Part shown: one piece after another, positions 27,759 to 37,602 of the stretch
Numbering within the stretch: position 1 is the first letter of the stretch
How the letters are laid out: the number at the start of each line of letters is the position of its first letter
Assembly: GCA_964546145.1 (NCBI GenBank)
Contig: CAZJIU010000001.1
Coordinates: forward strand, 23,132-74,429
Length of the DNA stretch: 51,298 nucleotides
Source of the DNA: an uncultured bacterium
GTDB lineage: Bacteria; Fidelibacterota; UBA2242
Direction: 5' to 3'
The notes under the pieces: generated by a model
The model's input: the letters and a program-made list of their open reading frames with translations, nothing else
The model's database searches: none
Told to the model about the DNA's origin: nothing
Position numbers and translations under genes: made by a program

Positions 27759-29015
27759 TCAGGATTCCAAGCAAATGAGTTGACGCCGGTCTTTCCCGAT
27801 TGATACATAAGTGATTGGAATCTCCAACAATTCTTCGATTTTTCTTAAGTATTGTTGGGCTGCCTTGGGTAGGTCGGAGAATCGGTGGGCATGAGAAGTT
27901 GTCTGCTGCCAACCAGGAAGGCTGATGTAATGGAGTTCTGCGGATTGTAGATCGATTTCCGGGAAGCTGCCGTTCTCGTAATGAGTGCAAATTTGAATTT
28001 GGTCAAGTTGGTCCAGGATATCGAGTTTGGTGATGACAGCAGCATTAAAGCCATTTATTCGAGCGGAATATTTCCCAAGTGCGACGTCGAACCAGCCACA
28101 GCGTCGCTTCCGGTGGGTCGTGGCGCCGAACTCCTTACCGGTTTGCTGAAGATAATCCCCTATGGCGTTGAGCTGTTCGGTAGGAAATGGCCCAGCGCCA
28201 ACGCGGGTCGTATAGCTTTTATAGACGCCGATGATATTGTCTATCGCTTTGGGTCCTATTCCCAATCCGGTGCAGATACTTCCAGCGATCGTATTGGAAG
28301 ATGTGACGTAAGGATATGAGCCAAAATCTATATCCAGCAGAGTACCCTGGGCACCTTCAACGAGGATATTTTTTCCTGCGCCAATGTAATTATTCAATAG
28401 AGTCGAGGTGTCGGTAGTATAAGGAATGATTGCAGTAGAAGCGGTGTAAAATTGATCGAAAGAACGTAACAAAGATCGAATTTCCTCCTCAGTTGCCAGA
28501 TTATTGCGCCGGAGCTGTTCCATTTTTTCATTCACTTTTTGCTGGACAGCGTTAATATCTCTCAGTTCTCGAACTTGGATACCACAGCGGCTTGCCTTAT
28601 CGGCATAGCAGGGACCAATACCGCGTTTGGTTGTGCCAATAGCAGCCGATCCCAGTGCCAATTCTGTTTTGGCATCCAGATGTTTATGAATCGGGGTAAC
28701 AATTTGAGCCTGCAGAGAGATATGCACCCGCTCATCTATCTGGAATCCCTGATTTTGCAGATTGTTCATTTCCCGCCACAATTCCGGCGGATCAATTACC
28801 ATCCCATTTCCCAGGACGCACTCGACTTTTTCATGCAGTATCCCGCTGGGTAGTTGATGAAGTATGGTCTCCTTGCCGTTGACATACAGAGTATGACCAG
28901 CATTAGCACCGCCTTGAAAACGGGCTACAACATCGGCATGTTCGCAGAGGCTGTCAACAATTTTCCCTTTCCCTTCGTCTCCCCATTGAGCTCCTAATAC
29001 TGCTGTGACTGGCAT
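27759..29015 (-). CDS. purA: Adenylosuccinate synthetase
   Basis: GAQWGDEGKGK P-loop, GGANAGHT, and TTKRGIGP motifs. ATG follows GGAGGA by 5 nt. Confidence 0.95.
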   Translation of the reverse strand: MPVTAVLGAQWGDEGKGKIVDSLCEHADVVARFQGGANAGHTLYVNGKETILHQLPSGILHEKVECVLGNGMVIDPPELWREMNNLQNQGFQIDERVHISLQAQIVTPIHKHLDAKTELALGSAAIGTTKRGIGPCYADKASRCGIQVRELRDINAVQQKVNEKMEQLRRNNLATEEEIRSLLRSFDQFYTASTAIIPYTTDTSTLLNNYIGAGKNILVEGAQGTLLDIDFGSYPYVTSSNTIAGSICTGLGIGPKAIDNIIGVYKSYTTRVGAGPFPTEQLNAIGDYLQQTGKEFGATTHRKRRCGWFDVALGKYSARINGFNAAVITKLDILDQLDQIQICTHYENGSFPEIDLQSAELHYISLPGWQQTTSHAHRFSDLPKAAQQYLRKIEELLEIPITYVSIGKDRRQLICLES

Positions 29016-29026
29016 CTAATTCCTCC

Positions 29027-29057
29027 AAAACTTAAAATGCTCCCCAAAGGGAGCATT
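29027..29057 (-). terminator. Rho-independent terminator-like hairpin after secF
   Basis: On the minus strand: AATGCTCCC-TTTG-GGGAGCATT (9-bp stem, 29036-29057), followed by TTAAGTTTT (29035-29027). It starts 30 nt after the secF stop, and its U-tract runs straight into the purA SD sequence. Confidence 0.6.
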
Positions 29058-29086
29058 CGTTTAATACTATCTATTTACTAAAATGC

Positions 29087-29980
29087 TTATTGTTTTTTGG
29101 CATGTCTTGTACTTTGCAAGCTGATGACAATTGGTCCGGCAATATAGATCGAGGAATAGGTCCCAACAATTACCCCGATCATCATTGCAATTGCGAAAAC
29201 CTGGATCTCTCCAGAGGTAAAAGAAAGAACAAGGACTACGATGAAAGTTGTGAATGCGGTAATAATCGTCCGGCTTAAGGTCTCGTTGATGCTGCGGTTT
29301 ACAATGGTTGTAATATTCTCAGAGCGCATAATCTTCATGTTTTCTCGGACACGATCATAGATAACAATAGTATCGTTTAGCGAATAACCGACGATTGTCA
29401 GAAAAGCTGCAATGGTAGTGAGTGAGATTTCCAGGTGGGTGATTGAAAAAACTCCCAGGGTAAAGAGCACATCGTGGATTAATGCCACGACGGCACCAAT
29501 TGCGAAACGAAACTGGAAACGGATAGAAATATAAATTCCGATTACCACTAAAGCCCAGATGATTGCCCAAACTGTCGCCGTGCGCAGTTCTTTACCAATC
29601 TTAGGGCCAACCTGCTCGGTACGGCGGATCTCATATGTGGTCTCTTTCAGGGTATTCAATCCGGTACTGATTTGAGCAGGAATATTTTCCGTCGAATTAT
29701 CCTGAGCTATCCGGATGATATATTCATTCATACCGACCGACTTCTGAATCATACTGTTTTCCAGATTTACAGTTGCTAGGGCATTGCGGATTTCGGCAGT
29801 GGTAACATTGTGGTCGAATTGGACCTGAATTAAAGTACCTCCGGTAAAATCTATTCCATAATTTAGGCCTCGGAAAAAGACCATAGAGATTATGCCAATT
29901 AAAATGCAGATGGTTGAAATGGAGATAGCCATTTTGATGTATTTGACAAACTGGATGTTGGTTTCTTTAAAGATTTTCAT
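29087..29980 (-). CDS. secF: Protein translocase subunit SecF
   Basis: 297 aa, six TM segments, with GLNYGIDFTGGT and SLNDTIVIYDRVREN motifs. Lies directly downstream of secD. Confidence 0.9.
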   Translation of the reverse strand: MKIFKETNIQFVKYIKMAISISTICILIGIISMVFFRGLNYGIDFTGGTLIQVQFDHNVTTAEIRNALATVNLENSMIQKSVGMNEYIIRIAQDNSTENIPAQISTGLNTLKETTYEIRRTEQVGPKIGKELRTATVWAIIWALVVIGIYISIRFQFRFAIGAVVALIHDVLFTLGVFSITHLEISLTTIAAFLTIVGYSLNDTIVIYDRVRENMKIMRSENITTIVNRSINETLSRTIITAFTTFIVVLVLSFTSGEIQVFAIAMMIGVIVGTYSSIYIAGPIVISLQSTRHAKKQ

Positions 29981-29998
29981 TGTGGATAGTCCTGAAAT

Positions 29999-31915
29999 TT
30001 AGATACTCAATGATTGTAATATTTTGTGTTCGGTGCGGTAGTTAAAGATAGTTCGAGTTACGAAGACTGCAGTGAACATGCTTGAGAGAATACCCCAGAA
30101 AAGGGTTATAGCAAAACCCTTGACCGGTCCAGTGCCGAATTGCATTAGGATTAGCGCTGTCAGCATGGTAGTCACGTTAGAGTCTAAAATTGTTCGAAAC
30201 GCCCTGCTATAGCCGGCGTCTATTGCTGCCCGGACGGTCTTGCCTTTTGTCAGTTCGTCCCGAATGCGTTCAAAAACAAGTACATTAGCATCAACAGCCA
30301 TACCAATAGTGAGTATCAGACCAGCGATTCCGGGCAGGGTCAGGGTGGCACCTAAGGTGGCCAGGATAGCCATAACGAAGACGATATTCAACAGCACAGC
30401 CATATCGGCTAATAAGCCCGCACCTTTATAGTAAATTATCATGAATATGATTACCGCGATAAAAGCGATGATTCCCAGCCGGACACTGGAAGTGATCGAG
30501 TCGCGACCCAATGAAGGTCCGATTGTTCGCTCCTCGATAATATCCACCGGCGCAGGCAAAGCGCCAGCCCGTAAGACGATGGCAATATTTTTAGCCTCAT
30601 CCATATTATCTAAACCCTCGATGTAAGCCTGTCCATTAGGGATTTTAACCCGAATTGAGGGTGACATATAGACCTTGTCATCAAGTACAATTGCCAGGAA
30701 TTTACCAATATTGGAGCCGGTCAGACGCGAAAAGATTTTTGCACCTTCATTGTTCATGCTGAGATTGACGATTGGCTGGCCTGCGGCGTTTGTCTGGGTG
30801 CTGCCGTAGCGGGCATCGGCTTTGGTAATGTATTTACCCTGTATGCCAGCTTCCCGATTCAGATGGTATAAAAGATAATAATTTTCGGTCTTACCATCGG
30901 GAGTGGTAACCCTTTCGGGTTTGGCTGACCAGAGAAATTTAGAGTCGTAGGGGATTAGTTTCTGAACCCCGGGATTGTTGAGAATTTTTTTAACGGCATA
31001 AACATTGCGCTCCGGTACGCCAATGAAGTTATGGACATTGCGCAGTAATGAAGAAAAAGGTTTTTCGGAGAAGAGCCGTTCATCCACTAACAGGGTGGTA
31101 TCAGCAGGAGTACTCTCAAGACCAGTTTCGGCTTCGGTGATACCTAATAATTCATTGACACTGACGGCTTTATCCTTAGATTCTTTTAAGGTTACCAAGG
31201 TGTCTTCGGGGACGGGTTTGGTGTCTTTGGTGGCGAGCTGCCGGCCAGTTTTTAAGTAATTATCAACCGCAGCAATAAAAGACTGGGTTACCTGAGCGTC
31301 CTTTAGGAGAATGAATTCCAACAGGGCGGTACTCTGAATTAAATTGCGGGCTTGCGCCGGATCTTTGATACCTGCCAGTTCAACAATAATGCGGTATTGA
31401 CCGGCTTTCTGAATGGTCGGTTCGGAAACGCCAAATTGGTCAACGCGGTTGCGAATAATCTGCAGTGCTCGTTGGACAGCGTCTTTCGCTTCATCACGAA
31501 GATAGGCAATGATTTCATCATTCTTGAATTTATTCAGTCCGGAGAAATGCCGGACTAATCTAAAATCTTCGGCTGCTACCTTGCGACTGAGAATATTAAA
31601 AAAATCTTCATCGGTAGACTTATACTCGTTCCCAGCTGCCTCCAGGATTGAGTTTAATTGAGGGGTAGGATTAGAAGCGAGAGTCTCAACCAGTTTGGGC
31701 AGATTGAGTTCCAGAACCACATGAACTCCACCTTGCAGATCCAGCCCCAAGCGGACAATCCGATTTTCGTATTGGTCAAGACTACCATCGGTGCGCATTT
31801 CCTCGACTTTTTCTGGGGGAAAAGTGTGGTAGGCGATCGTCCAGTACACCATGTAGGCAGCCAGGGTCAATGTAATAGCAATAATTATGAACCGAATGTT
31901 TGTCTTTTTAAACAT
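29999..31915 (-). CDS. secD: Protein translocase subunit SecD
   Basis: 638 aa with LGLDLQGGVHVVLE, a large periplasmic domain, and the C-terminal TM bundle motif GMAVDANVLVFERIRDE. Confidence 0.9.
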   Translation of the reverse strand: MFKKTNIRFIIIAITLTLAAYMVYWTIAYHTFPPEKVEEMRTDGSLDQYENRIVRLGLDLQGGVHVVLELNLPKLVETLASNPTPQLNSILEAAGNEYKSTDEDFFNILSRKVAAEDFRLVRHFSGLNKFKNDEIIAYLRDEAKDAVQRALQIIRNRVDQFGVSEPTIQKAGQYRIIVELAGIKDPAQARNLIQSTALLEFILLKDAQVTQSFIAAVDNYLKTGRQLATKDTKPVPEDTLVTLKESKDKAVSVNELLGITEAETGLESTPADTTLLVDERLFSEKPFSSLLRNVHNFIGVPERNVYAVKKILNNPGVQKLIPYDSKFLWSAKPERVTTPDGKTENYYLLYHLNREAGIQGKYITKADARYGSTQTNAAGQPIVNLSMNNEGAKIFSRLTGSNIGKFLAIVLDDKVYMSPSIRVKIPNGQAYIEGLDNMDEAKNIAIVLRAGALPAPVDIIEERTIGPSLGRDSITSSVRLGIIAFIAVIIFMIIYYKGAGLLADMAVLLNIVFVMAILATLGATLTLPGIAGLILTIGMAVDANVLVFERIRDELTKGKTVRAAIDAGYSRAFRTILDSNVTTMLTALILMQFGTGPVKGFAITLFWGILSSMFTAVFVTRTIFNYRTEHKILQSLSI

Positions 31916-31952
31916 CTATAGGCACCTCTGTAAAAGCAATTTTCAGTATCGT

Positions 31953-31995
31953 AAAAAGCGGTTGAATTTAACTGAGAGCCGGTCTAATGTCAACC
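31953..31995 (-). terminator. Possible terminator hairpin between the carboxypeptidase gene and secD
   Basis: On the minus strand: GGTTGA-N24-TCAACC (31960-31995), followed by GCTTTTT. The loop is long and has partial internal pairing, so this is a weak call. Confidence 0.3.
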
Positions 31996-32044
31996 AAAAA
32001 GCCATGCCCTGGAAGAAAAGTAAATTGAGACAAGAACGATGCTA

Positions 32045-33499
32045 TTATTCGATAGCCAGATAAATGCGGGAGATCTCTTGGTTGTTTTTGACTACGACGA
32101 TAGGATAAATTTTTCCTTCATTATTTATCGAGTATTTCTTCCATTGCAGAGTGCTGACATCAACGAGATAGTGGCGATCCTCACCGATGTTGATTTCGAC
32201 TGGAGGGACAAAGCCTTTTAAGTTGACTTTGTATGAATTCGTTCCCATTTTTTCGTGCAGGACATTCAGGATTTTAATCTGATCGGTGCGTTTGACCGAG
32301 ACTGTTTCGCCGTCCATAAAGGCGCGCTTCACGCCGTTGACTTCTATTAAATAGGTAAACAATTTGGCATCAATTTCTTCGATGTTGAGGATGACCTCGC
32401 CAATCTCTCGGCTGTCTTTGCGGACGATGATTTTAGTGGGTTGGGAAATAATAAAACCTTTCTGGAAATCCTGGTCGCTACCAATTCCAAGAATATCGCA
32501 GCTCAGACCGCGATTATAATTGGATTCGATGTGTGTGATTGTTACAATGTCTCCTTTGAAAATTGGTATAGTGTTCTGATCTTCGGCGACTATCGGCAGT
32601 GTATTGTTGACCGAAATCAGCAGGTAGATCAATCGTGGTGGTTCATAGATAATTGCGGGATGTTCCGGCTCAACCTCAAATAGTTCTAAAAATTCATTAA
32701 TTGCGTAGTTATGGTAGCGGATTTTAAGTTCCAGCTCGTTGAGGTCTTTGGAGGTCTCAATCCCGAATGCAGGTATTCCAAATTGAGTGAGTGCAAAATA
32801 GGTGGCCGATTTTTTCATTTCCGGAAATTTTGTCTGGGGATTGAAAGTATTAGTATTCATGAAATGCAGGTAATGGTCAGGATTGTCGATCCTTTGATTC
32901 ACTTTCTCCAGGACTTTGCGGGCCAAGGCTTCAAGTTGGATGGTGTCTTTAGCAGTGACGTAGGCTGCTGCGTCGGCAATTATGGACTGTCCAAAGCGAT
33001 ATGGATTGCGATCTTCACTGATATAGGTATCACTGAAGAAGCCGTAGCCGTCGTGTAAGTTGAGAAAGAGATCGGATTCGGCCATCAGGGATTTGATAAT
33101 TTCGACAATCTGATCGTCAATACTGGTGTAATTTTGGCTGCTGAAACGGCGGTTCATATCGCCGTTTATACCCCGTTGGTTATTAATGATCGAGTGAAAG
33201 TTTGCCCGGGGGATAACAATCAGGTTGCCACGCTCCAGAACCAGGTTGGGGTAGAGGTCGGCGGACATGAAGCCCCCTGGTTCATCACCCTGAATGCCGC
33301 CCAAAATAAAAACAGTATTCCCGTCAGTTCGACCATAGAGCCGATAGACGTTCAATTGATTGGGTGTGTTCTCGAAGTAGGTCAGGCATTCGGTATAGGG
33401 TCTGGTTTTATTTGGAGCGGCCAATAATGCCGGAATTGGGATTATTACCAATAATAAACAGATCAATCGAGAAGTTATTTTCAATTTACCTAACTGCAT
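32045..33499 (-). CDS. M14/AstE-AspA-like zinc carboxypeptidase resembling the Csd4/Pgp1 peptidoglycan DL-carboxypeptidases
   Basis: Signal peptide MQLGKLKITSRLICLLLVIIPIPALLAAP. The core FILGGIQGDEPGG has QxxE in place of HxxE, as I recall for Csd4. Also RANFHS...NGDMNRRF, a later LHDGYGF His, and about 200 aa of extra C-terminal beta-rich sequence. ATG at 33499 is chosen; the longer ORF to 33691 overlaps the upstream gene. Confidence 0.65.
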   Translation of the reverse strand: MQLGKLKITSRLICLLLVIIPIPALLAAPNKTRPYTECLTYFENTPNQLNVYRLYGRTDGNTVFILGGIQGDEPGGFMSADLYPNLVLERGNLIVIPRANFHSIINNQRGINGDMNRRFSSQNYTSIDDQIVEIIKSLMAESDLFLNLHDGYGFFSDTYISEDRNPYRFGQSIIADAAAYVTAKDTIQLEALARKVLEKVNQRIDNPDHYLHFMNTNTFNPQTKFPEMKKSATYFALTQFGIPAFGIETSKDLNELELKIRYHNYAINEFLELFEVEPEHPAIIYEPPRLIYLLISVNNTLPIVAEDQNTIPIFKGDIVTITHIESNYNRGLSCDILGIGSDQDFQKGFIISQPTKIIVRKDSREIGEVILNIEEIDAKLFTYLIEVNGVKRAFMDGETVSVKRTDQIKILNVLHEKMGTNSYKVNLKGFVPPVEINIGEDRHYLVDVSTLQWKKYSINNEGKIYPIVVVKNNQEISRIYLAIE

Positions 33500-34769
33500 C
33501 CCACGTTTCTTTTTGGATTTTAAATGATTTTGGGTCCTTTGGATGACCGTTGAGAAGCAATGTTTTTTTGCCGTGGTCGTGATAATTAGTAGCGGTATAA
33601 TCCTGTGTGAATGTGACAAGCCATTCAAGCGGCTTGGAACTGCTAATATTGATGTCAAAGATTTTGACCTCGATCTCTGGGGTCTTATCAAAAATGTTTT
33701 TCTTGTACTGGTAATAATCGGCTAAGCGCGCGTGATCCGGGGCTGAAAAGGTGGAGTCGTAATGCAGGATGAACCGGTCAATATCGCCGGTTTCCCAATC
33801 CCTTTTCCAGGAGTCCAGAAATGCTCTGATGCTAGTTTCGACCGAGTAGCGGGGGGTGGCAACAGTGAAATTTTCAGTCGCAATTTTCCAGGTAGAGTCC
33901 GTCCAAATAAAAATCAACTGCTTAGTACCCTCAGTGTAAAAAACGGGACAGAGATAATTTTGCTGAAAGTTGACATGGGCTTCGGAATCCGACTGCATCA
34001 GCCAGATTTTTTCAGCCCCGATCTTTTTCCAGGTGTAAGAGTTATCCAATTGTTTTTTATATCGTAGATAGTCAATCAATCGCTGCCATGATTGGGTTGT
34101 AAATTGAGTTGCATAGAGGCTGGCATAAGTTTCCGAATTACCCCCCTCCCAGGCTTTTAACCAGCGGTGAAAAAGCGAGTCAATCGTGCCAAACTTTTCT
34201 TTGTCGGCGCGGCAATCTTGGTGATTCAAACTGTCAACAATAATTACTTGAGTACTATGTAGCTGTATGTATTGACTTAGCCGGAGTAAACTACCGTTTT
34301 CAAGAGAAATGCAGCCTTTGGTCTGGCGGTCAGTAATCTCTTCGTCTCGGCCATGAATCCAGATGTTAGATCCGTTTCTTCCCTTTAATCTGTCGATGAA
34401 ATTCGGATAATTCAGAGTGAAGGCCATGGGACCGTACTTAGTGCTCAGTTGTTGACCCTGAATCATGGAGCTGATTTCATAGATACCCTCGGGAGTCTTA
34501 AAATCCCCCTCCTTCTCTTTATCTCCATCTAGCTTGCCGGTAGTTATTCGGAAGGTATCAAGCACCTGAATCGTTCCCGGAGAGTTGCTGTTGAGGACGA
34601 ATAAGGTCTGGCTTGCCTTGTCGACCAGGAAGACATCGTCGGTAGAATCAGCGGAGAGGTTGGCAAAATAGTAGCTCAGTTGACCGGCGACGAGTAACTG
34701 GAAGATGCCGAAATATATTAACAATATTGTTAGCACTATTGCGGGTCTTGTTTTCTTTTGCTGATGCAT
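33486..34769 (-). CDS. YkuD-fold L,D-transpeptidase/carboxypeptidase-like protein with two C-terminal NTF2/SnoaL-like repeats (Csd6/Pgp2-like architecture)
   Basis: N-terminal TM anchor. The YkuD catalytic signature is IWIHGRDEEITDRQTKGCISLENG (His...Gly-Cys). Two repeats follow, beginning FHRWLKAWEGGNSETYASLY and IRAFLDSWKRDWETGDIDRFILHY. The 3' end overlaps the next gene by 14 nt. Confidence 0.7.
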   Translation of the reverse strand: MHQQKKTRPAIVLTILLIYFGIFQLLVAGQLSYYFANLSADSTDDVFLVDKASQTLFVLNSNSPGTIQVLDTFRITTGKLDGDKEKEGDFKTPEGIYEISSMIQGQQLSTKYGPMAFTLNYPNFIDRLKGRNGSNIWIHGRDEEITDRQTKGCISLENGSLLRLSQYIQLHSTQVIIVDSLNHQDCRADKEKFGTIDSLFHRWLKAWEGGNSETYASLYATQFTTQSWQRLIDYLRYKKQLDNSYTWKKIGAEKIWLMQSDSEAHVNFQQNYLCPVFYTEGTKQLIFIWTDSTWKIATENFTVATPRYSVETSIRAFLDSWKRDWETGDIDRFILHYDSTFSAPDHARLADYYQYKKNIFDKTPEIEVKIFDINISSSKPLEWLVTFTQDYTATNYHDHGKKTLLLNGHPKDPKSFKIQKETWDAVR

Positions 34770-34837
34770 TACACGTTGATTGTTAGTCCGGGGTGAAATT
34801 AAGTATTTATAAAAAAATTTGAAAGGATTACTCGATG

Positions 34838-35779
34838 CTAATCATCAGTGTTTCTATTTCGCTGAGATAATCCTTTGAAAAGCGCTGAGGCAATTAACAT
34901 TCTGACCAATTGATTTGAAACTGGATAAGGTACTATGTAGTACAAGAACCGCAGAAAATGCCGAACCGGGTTGGCGCCAAACAGGTCACAAATTGTATTT
35001 TGAAAATAATGTTTACCATATGAGAGGCATTTCTTACAGATATTGCCGAAGAGATTGCCAAGCTCAGGATTCTTCTTGATCAAATAGGGGACGACATTTT
35101 TACCAAATGATTCGATGTTCTGGAGAGCCTGCCCAATCGAACGGCAGTGATGATGAGCCACCCGGACTGCCGGGGCATAATATAATCCATGGGGAAACGC
35201 CTGCCAGAGCCGGTAGGCATAATCGGTGTCCTCGCCACCATAATGGGTGATGTTTTCATCAAAGAATCCTACCGAATCTAGGGCACTCTTTTTAACCGAG
35301 GTACAATTGAATAAAAAGACATGGTAAGGCAGCGGTTTGGCGAGTGGATATTTGAGTGCCCCGCGTCGGCTTTCGTAAAGATAGCGCTGATATTTATCGT
35401 ATACACAGTCCGGGGCAGGAATAATAGCCGAAAGGACGCCAATGACTTGCTCACGTTGGTGGAATTTTAGATGCTCTTGAATAAAATTGGGTGGGATTTC
35501 CATATCGGCATCTAAAAATATCAGAAGGTCGCCCTTGGCGTGCCGGATACCGGTATTACGGGCAGCGGCCAAACCCCGGTTATCTGGGTGGGTGTATAAT
35601 TGAATTTTATTTGGTAATGCGAGCCGCTGCAAAACTTCTGATGTTTTATCGGTTGATCCGTCATTGATAGTTAGAACTTCCAGGTCATGACTTGGATAAT
35701 TCTGCTGAATCACGCTTCTCAGGCAGGTAGCCAGGGTATGGGCAGCGTTGTACGCTGGGACGATAAAAGATACTTTCAT
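34838..35779 (-). CDS. Family 2 glycosyltransferase
   Basis: SFIVPAYNAAHTL, TINDGSTDKT, and the DxD motif in LIFLDADME. This is the GT-A fold pattern. Confidence 0.85.
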   Translation of the reverse strand: MKVSFIVPAYNAAHTLATCLRSVIQQNYPSHDLEVLTINDGSTDKTSEVLQRLALPNKIQLYTHPDNRGLAAARNTGIRHAKGDLLIFLDADMEIPPNFIQEHLKFHQREQVIGVLSAIIPAPDCVYDKYQRYLYESRRGALKYPLAKPLPYHVFLFNCTSVKKSALDSVGFFDENITHYGGEDTDYAYRLWQAFPHGLYYAPAVRVAHHHCRSIGQALQNIESFGKNVVPYLIKKNPELGNLFGNICKKCLSYGKHYFQNTICDLFGANPVRHFLRFLYYIVPYPVSNQLVRMLIASALFKGLSQRNRNTDD

Positions 35780-36510
35780 TTGGAGCTATTCTCGATTTTT
35801 TGGGCGATGATTATAGTATTCAGGTATAAATCATAGTTCCGGGGTAAGATTTTGGATAGGAGCAAACCACATAGATTGGTTGGAAAGATCAGAAAGGGAA
35901 TTAGGAGGACTGCTATTATTTTATGCTTAACGAGTTTTTTATAGAGATACAGATTCCAGAGTTGGAAAACCGTTTCGACGAGGCTGCTGCTTTTATCGAG
36001 ACTTATTATCCTGAATCCGTGAGATGCCAGAAGGTGGGATATGCCGAAGAAGGTATAGCGGGCATAGTCATCAGGCACCTCATGCTCTTCCCAGGCAAAT
36101 GGAATAGTCATGAGAAGATGACCTCCGGATTTTAGCACGCGATTCAATTCGGTCAAAATCGCTGTCGGATGGAAAACGTGTTCAAAGACCTCGATACAAA
36201 GTATGCTGTCAAAGGAGACACTTCGAAATGGGATGCGTTGACCATCATAAAACACGTCAATTGGTTCGGTGTCGTGCAAATGACCGCTTTGCATAACCTC
36301 CAGACCAATCATCGAGTCGGTACTGAATATGGAGCTGTACGAGCGCTTGCCACAGCCAAAATCTAGGGTTTTGCCTTTGATATAGGTTGATCCTTGACGA
36401 AGGCCCCTGATTAATCCTTTTTTAATAAAATAGTAGGGATTGATGAGTAAGGAGAGAGGACCAGGATCAAGGATTTCTTTATTTAACCAATTTTTTATAT
36501 TACGAATCAT
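35776..36510 (-). CDS. Class I SAM-dependent methyltransferase
   Basis: Motif I TLDFGCGKRSY and the post-I/II pattern (IEVFEHV, LKSGGHLLMTIP). Its stop overlaps the GT2 start by 4 nt. Confidence 0.8.
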   Translation of the reverse strand: MIRNIKNWLNKEILDPGPLSLLINPYYFIKKGLIRGLRQGSTYIKGKTLDFGCGKRSYSSIFSTDSMIGLEVMQSGHLHDTEPIDVFYDGQRIPFRSVSFDSILCIEVFEHVFHPTAILTELNRVLKSGGHLLMTIPFAWEEHEVPDDYARYTFFGISHLLASHGFRIISLDKSSSLVETVFQLWNLYLYKKLVKHKIIAVLLIPFLIFPTNLCGLLLSKILPRNYDLYLNTIIIAQKIENSSK

Positions 36511-36519
36511 GCTAACTGT

Positions 36520-37599
36520 TTAAAGACCTGTTGATGCTACTTGGTTATTAGATATCAGGGCCACAAAGTTCTCTACGATCTTATCCCAGGAGTAATTTTT
36601 AACTGTCTCCAAGCCCTCACTGGTGAGGCTATTTCTTAGTTCCTCATCCGTCAGGAGATTTTGGGCAAGTTGAGTTAAGGCGTCGTTGTCCCCCACATGA
36701 CAGAGAAGCGCATTTTGCCGATCCTGAACAAATTCGCGAACTCCCTCACTAGCGTAAGCTGCAACTGCGCAGCCGCAAGCCATGGCTTCCATTACCGGCA
36801 GCCCCCATCCCTCACTGTGGCTGGTGTGCAGGAAAACCTTTGCAGAGTTGTAAATTTCGCGCAGCGATTCGTTCGAAGAACGGACGATTACCTTGATCCA
36901 GCGCGGAATATGATGTACTGGTCGCCGGGAAGCGATTAGAACTGCAGTGATATTTTGGCGCTGTTTTAAGGCGCATAAGGTTTGGATGAGGTCTTTTGGT
37001 CCTTTGACTTTCAGATGATGATAGATACCGATAATATCAATGGGGCGATCTGAAAGCTTTTTATTAAGAAAAAACTCAGTGTGATTGATGGAATTCCCCA
37101 ATGGTCCCAGAGCATTTTCACCAATTGCCTTCAATTTATCAATAATCCACTGGGCGATTGCAACCTTAATCAGTGGCAGGTGATAAGTTGCCAAGACTGC
37201 TTGCTTTTGCCGAAAATAGGTTTCGAAATGCTGCAGGAGATATATTTTGCAGCCATGTTCCGCAGGTAAGTTGGCTACCCAGTAAGCAGTTTGCCAGCCG
37301 GTTGCGACAATAAAGTCTGCTTTAGGAAGGTATCTGGGAGCTGCTTTTTTCACTACTAAAACAGTTACCCGGCTGTCAGGCGTGTAGTATAAGTCCTCCA
37401 TTACTCCTGTGATGCGATTATATAACGTTCTCAGGTTTATTTTAAAAATCCCGGTTAGCCGATTCTGATCGGTAATAAGAGGATAGACAAGGGTAATCCG
37501 GTGTCCCATCTGCGTCAGCCGATTGGCATACTCGTGGATGACCTTAACGCCCCCCATCGGAGTAACGATAAAACCGGGCAAGATAAAGGTTATTTGCAT
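36520..37599 (-). CDS. Family 4 (GT-B) glycosyltransferase
   Basis: The C-terminal EX7E region is HSEGWGLPVMEAMACGCAVAAY. The length and layout are typical of GT4. Confidence 0.85.
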   Translation of the reverse strand: MQITFILPGFIVTPMGGVKVIHEYANRLTQMGHRITLVYPLITDQNRLTGIFKINLRTLYNRITGVMEDLYYTPDSRVTVLVVKKAAPRYLPKADFIVATGWQTAYWVANLPAEHGCKIYLLQHFETYFRQKQAVLATYHLPLIKVAIAQWIIDKLKAIGENALGPLGNSINHTEFFLNKKLSDRPIDIIGIYHHLKVKGPKDLIQTLCALKQRQNITAVLIASRRPVHHIPRWIKVIVRSSNESLREIYNSAKVFLHTSHSEGWGLPVMEAMACGCAVAAYASEGVREFVQDRQNALLCHVGDNDALTQLAQNLLTDEELRNSLTSEGLETVKNYSWDKIVENFVALISNNQVASTGL

Positions 37600-37602
37600 T
37601 AA

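Noticed and set aside
30346-30361. TGGCAC-N5-GTGGC, a partial sigma54 -24-like match
   Set aside because: It lies inside and antisense to secD, and the -12 element is not TTGC. Other GTGCCA/TGGCAC occurrences I noticed are also intragenic with wrong spacing.
33500-33691. 64-codon N-terminal extension of the carboxypeptidase ORF
   Set aside because: It overlaps the 3' end of the YkuD-fold gene in another frame. The ATG at 33499 starts a proper signal peptide.
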